A stretch of DNA of 64,000 bases from Octopus sinensis (lineage: Eukaryota): the NCBI RefSeq assembly GCF_006345805.1, contig NW_021832715.1, forward strand, positions 1 through 64,000, given 5' to 3'. The translations under genes and the position numbers were made by a program. Position 1 is the first letter of the stretch, and each line of letters begins with the position of its first letter. The notes beneath the pieces are model-generated. The model saw nothing but the letters and a program-made list of their open reading frames with translations. It was not told the DNA's origin and did no database searches. Positions 49,240 through 60,952 of this stretch are shown here, one piece after another.

Positions 49240-49650
49240 CTCTCTTTACTCTTTTGCATGTTTCAATCATTTGACTGCAGCCATGCTGGAGCACCACCTT
49301 TTAGTCGAGCAAATCAACCTCAGGACTTATTCTTTGTAAGCCTAGTACTTATTCTATCAGTCTCTTTTGCTGAACCGCTAAGTTATGGGGACGTGAACAC
49401 ACCAGCATCAGTTGTCAAGCGATGTTGGGGGGACAAACACACACACACACACATGTATATATGTAAATATATACACATACATATATATGACAGGCTTCTT
49501 TCAGTTTCCGTCTACCAAATCCACTCACAAGGCTTTGGTCGGACCGAGGCTATAGTAGAAGATACTTGCTCAAGGTGCCACGAAGTGGGACTGAACCCGG
49601 AACCATGTGATTGGTAAGCAAGCTACTCACCACACAGCCACTCCTGCGCC
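49240..49650 (-). mobile_element. SINE family 1
   Basis: Aligns to family 1; inverted relative to 48706-49090. Confidence 0.9.
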
Positions 49651-50141
49651 TATGATCAAATTATTTGACTAAATCCTTCAATACAGTGCACCAGCATGGC
49701 CACAGTCCATTGACTGAAACAAGTAAAAGATAGATGATAAGAGGTATCTGGCTCTACCTCATCCAGTCCATCCTTAACCTTTAAAGTGGTCTTGTGAAAT
49801 TTGAGGAAGAATTGGTTGCTATATCTAGCGAATCAAGCAACTACTTGGATGTCACCTTGTTGGTCCATATTTGTTTGTTGTGTGTCAGATATATTTGGGG
49901 CAGGGGTGTGTATATGTGCTTGTTGCCTGTATGTCTTTTAAATGTGCAAGCTACCTACACAAGCTATAATGTATCTTCCTATTTATTCTTAAATCTTTGC
50001 TTAAGACTGCTTCAATGTAGAAGAAACGAATGGGCTGTTTGATTCAGCGTCAAAATTTATTGGATATGGGAAGAAATTCCACATAATGTGCTTTCATATA
50101 GCACATGTTATCTGCTAATGGTGCTAGTATGTGTGTGTGTT

Positions 50142-50198
<57 letters not shown>

Positions 50199-50830
50199 GC
50201 ATACATGCATATGTTCATAGCAAGATTTGCATTTTGTGTGCATGTGTGTGATATTCAGAGCTTGTCGCATATTGCATGCATGTATGGCAGTCTTTGACAC
50301 ATTCAGAACTAATAATACAAACAAACATGAACACAACTGTTTCTATGCATGTGTGTGTATGTGTTTGAGTTTGTCTCCTTCTCTGTGTTTGTGAGACATA
50401 CTCAATTCACGCACACGCGTGCACAGACATAAATCCAGTATGCGTGACTGTTGTGTTCGCATGTATGTGTGTGAGTCTGTAGCTAATATGAAACTGTTAG
50501 CTCTCTTTTAGCAGTATTAAAGAAGAGAATGTTGCATTTCCTTCCATGTGACATCTTTATTGCCTCATTTTAGAATTCCATCTCTTTGATGTTTCAGGTT
50601 CATTTCTTTCATTAGTTCTATCTGTTAGTCTTTTTTTTTTTTTTTGGTCATTTTCATTTCACACCACCAATCCATTGATAAAAAAGCTCTTTCCCAAAAA
50701 AAAAAAATGAAAAACTCAAGAAAAAAATCTTAGTCAAGTCTGTGACAACACTGTTTAATGTAGAGAACAAAAAATAAATTAATCAATGCTGACTCCCACT
50801 CTACCTTCCACTCTTGCAATAAGGCGAGGC

Positions 50831-51311
50831 AAAACATTAATTCAATGTTTAAATTTGTTTAAAGCAGTTAGGTGGGGGGGGGGAATAGACAATTTCGAAA
50901 TCTCAATTAAAACTAGAATTATATAATCAGTAAGGAGAAGGGAAAAGAAGAAAAACACTAACTCACACACTCAATCTTTAAATCTGATCAAAGTAGGGAG
51001 GGGAGACAATTCTGAAATCTCAATTAAAATTAGAACTACACTGGTAGTAAGAATTTAAAAGAAAAAAAAAAGGAAACAAACATTAATTTGGTCTATAAAT
51101 CTGATCGAGCTTGAGCGCAGGGTAGGTTAGGATGTTATGATCTAAATTAAAATTAAAACCTTGCATAGAGTGAAGAGAGGTTAAACGTTAACCGGATGTT
51201 TAAATCTGATCAAGACAAGGAGGGGAAACAATTCTGAAGTCTCATTTAAAATTAGATTGCTATGAGGGAAAGAAACTTAAACATTACTAGGATACCTTAT
51301 TTAAATCTGAT
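50831..51311. repeat. Degenerate tandem array, about five units of 100-130 bp
   Basis: TTTAAATCTGAT-like motif at 50848, 50977, 51094, 51199, 51300; ACAATTCTGAAATCTCAATTAAAATTAGA-like motif at 50889, 51006, 51132, 51228. Confidence 0.7.
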
Positions 51312-51529
51312 ATGTGGTTAACAAGATGATGTGTTGTACATTTTACCAAGTTTCTATTTTGCTATCAAGTATGTTAACATACACTTTACCATTATTTCCA
51401 TGCAGAAGGCAACTCTGGGTCAATTGCACCATCAGTCAGGTTTATAAGGTCACTTTGAATTCATCCACAAAATTTCTCTTTACTTCTCTAGTCATTCTAT
51501 GATCTTCAGTAACCAACAATGCATTATTA

Positions 51530-51915
51530 TGGAGTTGCAAAGACCTGTTGAGGCAATTGAAATCGAAATCGATCAAAGATCAATGGAAATTGTAGTTGTG
51601 ATACCAGTGCCGGTGGCACGTAAAAGAACCATCCGAACATGGCCGTTGCCAGCGCCACCTCGACTGGCCTCCGTGCTGGTGGCACATAAAAAGCACCAAC
51701 CGATCATGGCTATTGCCAGCCTCCCCAGGCCCCTGTGCCGGTGGCACATAAAAAGCACCCACTACACTTATGGAGTGGTTGGCGTTAGGAAGGGCATCCA
51801 GCTATAGAAACACTGCCAGATCAGACTGGGCCTGGTGCAGCCTCCTGGCTTCTCAGACCCCAGTCGAACCCATGTTAGTATGGAAAGCGGACGTTAAACA
51901 ATGATGATGATGATG
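51530..51915 (+). mobile_element. SINE family 2, longest copy
   Basis: Internal repeated GTGCCGGTGGCAC-TAAAA motifs and an (ATG)n tail. Confidence 0.85.
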
Positions 51916-52289
51916 TTTAACACTTTGCCTGACCAAGGTGTTTTCATTAGTTTGTCCTCAACATCCATCTATGCTTGTTTTTCTGACTTTTAATCAGCCC
52001 TTGTTTTGGACATTCCAAGTAATATAAAACATTCCTTTCATAAATCCCAAGTTATTCTAGAAGTTGAAAAAAACTGGGAATACGTTTCATATTTGATGCA
52101 TAGATGCCAAGGAAAAATATCTTATGGATCCCATATGATATATGGCACAGGCAAAGGGTTATATTAAAACTGGGTTTTATCCACTCTTAAACCCTTTGCC
52201 TATCAAAAGCATTTTTGTAACTTTGTCCCAAAAGTCCATGCTTGTTTTCAGGCTTTTAGTTAGCACATATTTAATGTTTTCGAGTAATA

Positions 52290-52673
52290 CTCTTTACTCT
52301 TTTCAGTCATTTGATTGTGGCCATGCTGGAGCACCACCTTTAGTCGAGCAAATCGACCCCAGAACTTATTCTTTGTAAGCCTAGTACTTATTCTATCGGT
52401 CTCTTTTGCTGAACCGCTAAGTTATGGGGATGTAAACACACCAACATCGGTTGTCAAGCGATGTTGAGGGGGACAAACACACACACACTCACATATATAT
52501 ATACATATATACGATGGGCTTCTTTCAGTTTCCATCTACCAAATCCACTCACAAGGGTTTGGTCGGCCTGTGGCTATAGTAGAAGACACTTGCCCTAGGT
52601 GCCACGCAGTGGGACTGAATCCGGAACCATGTGGTTGGTAAGCAAGCTACTTACCACACAGCCACTCCTGAGC
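52290..52673 (-). mobile_element. SINE family 1, near full length
   Basis: Aligns to family 1. Confidence 0.9.
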
Positions 52674-53399
52674 CTACAAAACATAATATAAAACATTCAT
52701 TTTACAGATCCCAAGTTATTCTAATGGTTGAAAAAAAAATGGGAGTGTGCATCATATATGAGGCATGGATGCCAGGGAAATATGTCCTGTATATTACATG
52801 TGATACAAGGTCACGCAAGGGGTTAAACCCATTTTTGCTTTCATCAAGTAGAGTAATCCTCAGATCAAAGCCAATCAAACCATCATCATTCCAACTTTTT
52901 GTAATGTCTCTGATTAACTGATATTTTTTGTATCATTATTTACTTTTAAGACTATACATTGTGGGTTAGAGAGAGATTTGGTTGTTGTTCCTAGCATGAC
53001 AACCCCTGAGTTACATTCCACGTCTCATGGAACTCCTAAAAAAACATGTCTTTATTAATCTTTTTCTTTCTCTTTCATAAAGTTAAGTGTCATGAGATTA
53101 AACAATCATAAAATCGTTGATTTGGTAGTGCTAAATCTATCAGCCATCACAAAGAAATTTTGTCTTTAACCAAAACCTTGCCAACATTAATTTCCTCTGC
53201 AATCCCTATTTAGAGGTTGTTTCTCATGCAGAGTCTCCTTATCTCTTAGGGATGCCAGTATTTTGAATATTCTAAGCATTTATAAGAAAATTACAAATAT
53301 AAAATTTATCACAGAAATAACTAAAAAATGCAATTTTGTATAATTAGACTATCTATCATGTTTTAACTTTGCAACTTCTTGTAGTACTCTAGGATGTTG

Positions 53400-53635
53400 G
53401 GAAATGGTTTTCAGCTATTTTTTTTACCTGTGGATCCCTTTGATTCCTGTTTCATTTGGATGAACTCTCATATTTTATAATTAAATATTAGTAGGAATTG
53501 TATTTTAAAAATTGTTAAAATATTGAATTGTTGAAGTACAACCAGTTTTACTGTACATAAATTTTAATTATGAAGCCTTACATGGACCCTGGTACCACTA
53601 GCATAGGGGAATCCCAGTTTGGAAAACTATAGCTT
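53400..53635. mobile_element. Possible decayed hAT-type MITE
   Basis: Ends ...TGGTTTTCAGC / GTTTGGAAAACTATAG resemble CAGTGGTTYYCAA-type termini; degenerate. Confidence 0.35.
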
Positions 53636-54137
53636 AGGGGCTCCTTCATTGGTTCTTGAATAATTCAGTCTTGTAAAAACTTAAATTACAGGCAGATATA
53701 ATACTAAACATTATTTGCTCTGTTTAATTTTAATATCATCGTCCTGAGTTTTGAGTTCAATCCAATGGTATGATGTTACTGTTTTAGCACCCTGATTGAG
53801 CAGACAGACCCACTATCTCAAAGGTGTTCCAGCTTTTTTAGGGATGTTGAGAATTATCTAAAGTGTTCTATACTTTTTCCATTTTCCTTTCAAGCTCTAT
53901 GATCAGTTGTACTAGAAGGATCATTCCATAGATAAATGCCTTGCGTTAATTATTCCAGGTCCTTAGATTCATAGTTGAAATCCTTTTAAGGTCATCTTTG
54001 CCTTTCATCTCACTTCATAATGCACTAATAAAATATTGGGGTTGATTCTTTTCACTCTTTCATCTCTCTCTCTCTCTCTCTCTCTCTGTATCTCTTTCTC
54101 TTTCCCTGCCTTTCTCTCACTCACCCTCTCTTTTTAG

Positions 54138-54174
54138 ACAGTGGGGTGGGATTCGAGGATGTGATTTTTGCAGG
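54138..54174 (+). CDS. Candidate 37-nt exon (DSGVGFEDVIFAG or QWGGIRGCDFCR)
   Basis: Long pyrimidine tract ending tttttAG and a near-consensus donor CAGG|GTGAGT. Confidence 0.35.
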
Positions 54175-55094
54175 GTGAGTGCTCGTGTTCAGATTTAAGT
54201 ATAGATAGGTGAAGCAAACTAATGTGAATTGACTGTGAAATATAGGTATGGTAGAGAAAGAATAAAAAGACGAGGAATGAGGAGGAAAAATCTTGAGATG
54301 AGTGAGATCTGGGTCTGCTTCATCAGAGCTGATCTGAGCCTAAATGCCTAGAAAATAATGATCATATCTCTAACAATTTTACTACATATATTAGCTGATA
54401 TCTTTAATGTTATTTCCTTTTATTATCTTTAACTGCTTTTTCTTGCAGCCTCCCTCCCTGATCTCTCTCTCTCTCTCACACACATACCTTACTTACATTG
54501 CTCAGCCTTTTATGCAAATTAATAATTTTCTGAAAATATTTTTAAAAAAATGTATTTCCCTGTATTTCTTATGAAAGAAGAAATTCTCTGTGCACGTGTG
54601 TGTGTATCTATTTCTGCTTCATTATGCCTAATCCATGTTCTAAAAATAAATGTAAGCATACTAGTTAGAATAGTAACCAAAATATTTCAAAAGTGCTTAT
54701 CTAATATTATAGATAATAGATTCCGCTTACTATTCTGCAAATATAGAAAAAAAGTCAATCATACTTTTTCCTTTTTCTTTAAATCCCATTATTATCATTA
54801 TTATTATTACTATTACTACTACTAGTAGTAGTAGTGTTGAGTTGGCAGAATCATTAGTGTCAATAAAATGCCATGTAATCTTTCTGGCTCTTTATATTCG
54901 GAGTTTAATTCTTGCTGATGTCAACTTTTTCTTTCATCTCGCCAGAGTTGATAAAATAAAGTACCAGTCAAGTACAAGGATTTATGGTATACAATCCCTG
55001 CCTCTCTCCTTGAAATTGCTGGCTTTACAGCCAAATCAGAAACCATTATAATTATCATTTTCATATACACACAACAGATCAGACTGTTGGAAAA

Positions 55095-55345
55095 GAAAAA
55101 AAAATGCTAACATCGGGCTACAACAAGTAACCTTAGATGCCAAGAACCCTCCTATGTATTCTAGCTGTCCCTAATAACACTGTTTTCTGCAGCTGTTCTA
55201 AACTGGGTTTTATGCCTATTTTTTCCTGTACCCATCAGTTCGAATCTTTAGGGATAGTTCCCAATGCACCTATAACTACTGGGATACACTTTACTTGCAC
55301 TTTCCATAGTCTCTGTAATTCAAAAGCTAGTTTCTGGCTCTTTGC
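55095..55345 (-). pseudogene. RLE-type non-LTR retrotransposon 3' fragment
   Basis: LAFELQRLWKVQVKCIPVVIGALGTIPK...LEQLQKTVLLGTARIHRRVLGI*. Confidence 0.8.
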
Positions 55346-56029
55346 TATTTCATCGTCATCTTCGTCGTCATCAACATCGTCAACATCATCAACATCATCA
55401 CCAACACCACCAAGGTAGAAAGCTGGCAGGATTGTTAGCATGCCAGACAAAATTCCAGAGGTTGACTTTGCTTTTCATTGTTTTGGAGTCGATAAAATAA
55501 GTACCAGTGAAACACAGGGGTTGATGTAATCAACTAGACCCCTCCAACCAAAATTCCAGGCCTTGAACCTTTAGTAGAAAGGACTATTATTAATTTTTAA
55601 AGATTTCCTTGATATCTACTATGTTTACACATTATCCACCAGGCTCTAACTACCCAGATATCTATGGTAGATAAGATATAATGTTCTTAATATAAAAGAT
55701 GGTCCAGGTGGCAAGCTGGCAGAATTATTAGCACACCAGGCAAGATGCCTAGCAGTATGTTGTCCTTCTCTATGTTGTGAGTTCAAGTTCTGCCAAGGTT
55801 GATTTTTTTTTTTTTTTTTTTTTTTTTTTCCCTCCTTTCATTCTTTCAGGATCAATAAAATAAGTACCAGTTGGGCACTTGAGTCAATCTAATCAACTTG
55901 GCCCCCTCCCTCAAAATGCTGGCCTTGTGCCAAAACTTGATACCAATATATAAGTTGATTATATGATGTTGAAAAGCAGAAGGACTGGATAAATTCTTGA
56001 AAAAAAGAGCACGTTCACATGAGTGAGAT

Positions 56030-56330
56030 ATGAAAATGCTATCAAATTTGAGTTGATAGATCTTTTTGTAAAACATGCTCAGTGTCCATTTTCTTTCCTA
56101 CACTTCTTTTGATCATGGATTTTGCCTGGTTTCATATCTATGAATTTCTTTGTTCCTTTCTTTATTACCCTGAGTTTTTCTATGATAACAAGTATTAGTG
56201 TGGTTTCTCATTTTCCACATTTTGGTAATCTCTATATCTAGGTCTTTGTACTTGGGTACTTTTTTATTAAGTCCTTTGACTACGATATTGTTGTCCATGT
56301 AGACAGCCAAAGCAATTAGAAAATAAATTT
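56030..56330 (-). pseudogene. RLE-type non-LTR retrotransposon 3' fragment (third family)
   Basis: MAVYMDNNIVVKGLNKKVPKYKDLDIEITKMWKM resembles the RLE motif DxAxPxDxN...KxxKYxDL. Confidence 0.7.
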
Positions 56331-57242
56331 CATCAATATGATTTTTTATTCTTATATCTCTTATATACTGTTGGTATTATTATTATTATCATTCAGTAGT
56401 TTTATTTTTATAACGTGCTTTCACTTCACTACCGAGTGCAGCTCTGTGTGCCTTGGGTATGTGTTGTGATGCTCTGATGGTTACTGTATTGAAAGTGTTC
56501 TGCATATTATTATTATTATTATTACTACTACTACTATTAAGGTGGCAAGCTGGCAGAGTTGTTAGCATGCCATATGAAATGCTTAGCGGTATTTCATCTG
56601 CCACTATATTCTGAGTTCAAATTCTGCTGAGGTCAAGTTTACCTTTCATCCTTTTGGGATTGATAAATTAAGTACCAGTTAAGTACTGTAATCAATGTAA
56701 TCGACTAGTCCAGTCCTCCCATATTTCAGGCCTTGGGCCTATAGTAGAAAGGATTATTATAGCTCTGTTGGTAGAGCTTTAGACTTTTAATCTCAAGGTT
56801 GTGGATTCATGTCCCTTTGCATGAAGACTTTCATTTTTGAAGGCAGTGATCTGGCAGAACCATTAGTATGCCAGAGAAAATGCTTAGTGGTATTTTGTCC
56901 ATCTTTATGCTCTCAGTTCAAATTCCAAGGTTGACTTCGTCTTTATCCTTTCGGGGTTGATAACAGAAGTACTAGTGAAGTAGAGAAGTACATGTAATCA
57001 GCTAGTCTCCTTCTCTCACAAAATTTCAGGTCTTGTGTCTAAAGCATAATTATTAATTTTATTATTGTTATTCTTGTTATTATCATAATAAAATGGAGCA
57101 ATGGTTTTAATTCTGATTTCCCTACCACTCCACAATTGTATCTATTTTCATTCAGTTTTGTCCCGTCATCACTGTTTGTTACCTGCCACTCCTATTTTAC
57201 CAAAGTGGTTGGCTATCAGGTTGTCTGTGAGATATCATAATC

Positions 57243-57627
57243 TTAACCCTTTATTCATAGTGTTTTGAATTATTCATTCTCTTAGCTTTGAGATCTTGAT
57301 ATTAATTGATCATTTTTGGAATGACATTGTACAGGAGGTGTGACAGGCCAAATCAGGATAGTTTGAACATAAAACAGGTAGAGTGTTTTGGTCAAATACA
57401 ACCAATTTAAATGCAAAGGGGTTAACATATTAGTTACCATATTTCTCTTGAAATACATTGTCCTTGTTTCAATTAATTAAAAAAAAAATAAAGACTATCT
57501 TAGTAAAATAATTTTATCATTATTAATCTGGTGTTTGGAACTTAAAACAAAATTTTGTGGATAGTTTTAACTTAGTTCTCTAAAGAGCTAGGGGTAGTCT
57601 CAGGTGGCTTAGTATCAAAATGATTAA
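57243..57627. mobile_element. MITE family B (57243-57425) joined to MITE family A (57422-57627) at a shared TTAA
   Basis: ...ATGCAAAGGGG-TTAA-CATATTAGTTACCATATTTC... Confidence 0.7.
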
Positions 57628-57705
57628 AACAGATTCAAATACATATTTCAACAATTTATTTGTATCATTTTTTCTCCTTCATTTCCCTCATCTTGCTCTT
57701 TATAT

Positions 57706-57897
57706 CATCATCGTCGTTTAACGCCCGTTTTCCATGCTAGCATGGGTTTGACGGTTTGACCGTGGTCTGGGAAGCGAGGAGGCTGCACCAGGCTTCAGGT
57801 TGATCTGGCAGTGTTTCTACAGCTGGATGCCCTTCCTAACGCCAAACACTCTGTGAGTGTAGTTGACATTAGGAAGGGCATCCAGCTGTAGAAACAC

Positions 57898-57898
<1 letters not shown>
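57706..57898 (-). mobile_element. SINE family 2 fragment ending in a foldback inversion
   Basis: 30-bp perfect inverted repeat at 57810-57839 / 57869-57898. Confidence 0.85.
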
Positions 57899-57935
<37 letters not shown>

Positions 57936-59224
57936 ATATGGTAGTTGTTGTTCACTGGAGTTACTATTTCTTTCTCTCCCTCTCCCTCAAATACACTCTC
58001 TTACTCTTTCACTCACACTCCTCTCCTCCTCCTCCTCCTCCTTTTAGCATTGACTTATTGTCGATGTGAGTTAATCAGTAATGGCGATGTGGTGGGGAGG
58101 CTACTCACACAATATCTCCTTTCCTTCAACCAAACTTAAAACTTGAAATAGGGACTAGCAACCTCTTCTTAGCTAGCATGTTACAAAAAAATGTATTACA
58201 AATGTTAAAGAACATGATGGACATGGCTGGAGCAATGTGTTGTACAGCAAAGAAACTTTTTTTTAAAAATAAACAAAATAGCTTAATTAAATTTCCTATA
58301 AATTTTTGGTGTGAGTTGCAAAAAGTATCATTGAAATGAATACATAGTTAATGATGGAAACAGATAATTAAGCTAATGATACTCTGGAAAAGTTAAAACG
58401 AGAGAAAATAAAACACTAAATTAAAAATTGTCAATGATTATGTTGTTGAAGATAATACATGCAGTAACAACAAGGATGTTTTATTGCTAGAAATGTATTA
58501 ATTGTAGCTATGTATAGCCTAGTGGTTAGGGTGTTGCACTCATAATCATGTGGTCAAGGTTTCGATTCCCAGATTGGCAATGTGTTGTGTTCTTGAGCAA
58601 AAACACTTCAACTGTAGAATGGATAATCCTGCAATGGACTGGCATTCCAGTAAAGGGGAATCTTGGGAATCTTCACTCAGAAGGTGTCAATCTCTGTAAT
58701 GCCTCAGCTCAAGGCTATAGAATATGACATTTACTCAAGATGTCACAGAACAGAATCAAAACCAGGACTTTTTGATTCTGAAGTGAACATCTTAATCATT
58801 CAACCATAAGGTGCTCACATGTATACATGCTTATGCATGTATACATACATTATATACATAGATATGTGGTAAGAAGTTTGCTTCATAACGACATGGTTCT
58901 GGGTTCAATCCCACCGTGAGCCACCTTGGGCAAGTGTCCCCTGCTATTCACAAACCAAAGCTTTGCGAGTGGACTTAGTGGATGGAAACTGAAAGAAGCC
59001 CATGATGTGTTACTGTTCTTTTACCTTGACATTGCATGATAGTTGTAAACAAGTCTTTGTTATGCAAGCAGTGTTTCTCATTTTCAATCTTCTGTGGAAA
59101 CCTGTTTGGAAGTGTTACCTTTCTTGGAAAGAGCTTGGTGACAGGAAAAACATTCAGCCATAGCAGATCTACCTCAAAATTCCATCTGACCAATGCAAGC
59201 ATGGAAAAGTGGACATTAAAATGA

Positions 59225-59280
<56 letters not shown>

Positions 59281-59694
59281 CAACAACAAAGCCATTTATG
59301 GCTCAACCAGTATATTGTTGTCAAATGTTTCAATAATCAAATAATTTCATTATAAAAATATTGGCGCTGCCATTATACTATCAGAGGCATTGGTTTCTCC
59401 TTGCATAAGTGAAAGACTGTCAGCTCTCAGCTACGGGTCACTTGCTTGATTCTGTGTCCATTTATGTGAACACATGAATCAATTATAGAAATGCATTCTA
59501 TTATCGAGACATCACAAACCACTCTTCTTTATGTTGCAATGGTTTAAACTCGACAGATGAACAATAGTATTATTAAATTGATACAACTGCATAATGTCAT
59601 AAAGGTTATGCAATATTATTGATTGCGACAATCAATAATTTAGATATCAGTATGATCAAAAACAATGGTGATTGATGTAGTTTGACTTTGATAG

Positions 59695-59760
59695 GCTGGA
59701 CAGTGGTTACTGGGAAGATAGATACAATGGAATATATAGCAGAATATGTACCAAAGAAGA
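59695..59760 (+). CDS. Candidate symmetric 66-nt exon (LDSGYWEDRYNGIYSRICTKE or WTVVTGKIDTMEYIAEYVPKK)
   Basis: tttgactttgatAG acceptor, GTAAAT donor, two open frames, in repeat-free sequence. Confidence 0.25.
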
Positions 59761-60183
59761 GTAAATAACGTAGCTGACACTCTAGTGGACAATCACTGGA
59801 ATAACAGGTGCTTGATGTGACATTTGAATTCACCACCTGTCATGTGTAGATGGCTTGAAGAGACCACCTGTCATGTGTGGGGAGGATGAAAGTTCTGTCA
59901 ACATTATTTTCAATAGGAAACTGCTGTTTTGAAACTCCTAGATATTTAGTTTTGTAAGCGTAAAGCTTTTTACCATGAGTGACCTTTCAGAATAGCAACT
60001 GGGAGCAATGCGATGATTAATTACTATCATTATAATAAAGGGTTTGCGTGTGCACACGCATGCACACACACACAGACCACATACCATTGTTTTTCTACAC
60101 TCACTTTCCCATCCTTGTATGGGTCAAACAGAATTCATTAGGGAAGATTTTCTACACTGTTGCTCTTCATGTCATCATGTATG

Positions 60184-60234
<51 letters not shown>

Positions 60235-60239
60235 TATAG

Positions 60240-60415
60240 GAAGAGTTTACAAAAAAACAAAAGACAGGTGGTGTACAAAACAAACAGATGTATTAGTATA
60301 ACGTTCAGGAATAGAAAAAGTCTTTTACGTTTCGAGCCTATGCTCTTCTTCAAAAAGGGACATAGAAAAAACAAGGAGAGAAAAAAAAATGTGTGTAGTG
60401 GCTAACGATCTATCA
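60240..60415 (-). mobile_element. Short Penelope-terminus-like element with a near-intact minimal hammerhead ribozyme fold
   Basis: Minus strand 60357-60322: CTTT-TTGAAGA-A-GAGC-ATAG-GCTC-GAAAC-GTA-AAAG; flanked by microsatellites. Confidence 0.7.
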
Positions 60416-60902
60416 TATATATATATGTGTGTGTGTGTGTGTAAAATACTTCAAATGTAAATGAATAATTCTGCAATGGACTGGCATTCCAGTCCGGGGG
60501 AATCTTGGGAATCTTCACTCAGAAGGTGTCAATCTCTGTAATGCCTCAGCTCAAGGCTATAGAATATGACATTTACTCAAGATGTCACAAAACAGAATCA
60601 AAACCAGGACTCTGTGATTCTGAAGTGAACATCTTAATCATTCAGCCGTAAGGTGCTCGCTATAAACATGTATACATACATTATATTTCTGTGACAGTTA
60701 GAGGTTGGGAAAGCAACCAAGGGATAGTGCCTATCCAATATACTGCTGGTAGATCTTTTGCCCTTTTCTGTAATATGTTACTACATGTGTATATTGTCTT
60801 CTAATACTTTCTGATGCTTTGGAATAGACACACTGGAAGAATGTCTGTCTACCGGATGATGTATGTCGTTTTGTATCCTCTCCATTTTCTTATCTGCCGT
60901 AT

Positions 60903-60947
<45 letters not shown>

Positions 60948-60952
<5 letters not shown>

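Larger units (their letters stand above)
54838..57050 (+). mobile_element. Cluster of five same-orientation SINE family 3 copies (about 54838, 55420, 55712, 56538, 56845)
   Basis: Each has a GCTGGCAGAA-type head, GAGTTCAAATT and GATAAAATAAGTACCAG. Confidence 0.8.

Noticed and set aside
50831-51311. CRISPR-like repeat-spacer appearance
   Set aside because: Eukaryotic context, degenerate repeats, irregular long period and no cas genes; kept only as a degenerate tandem array.
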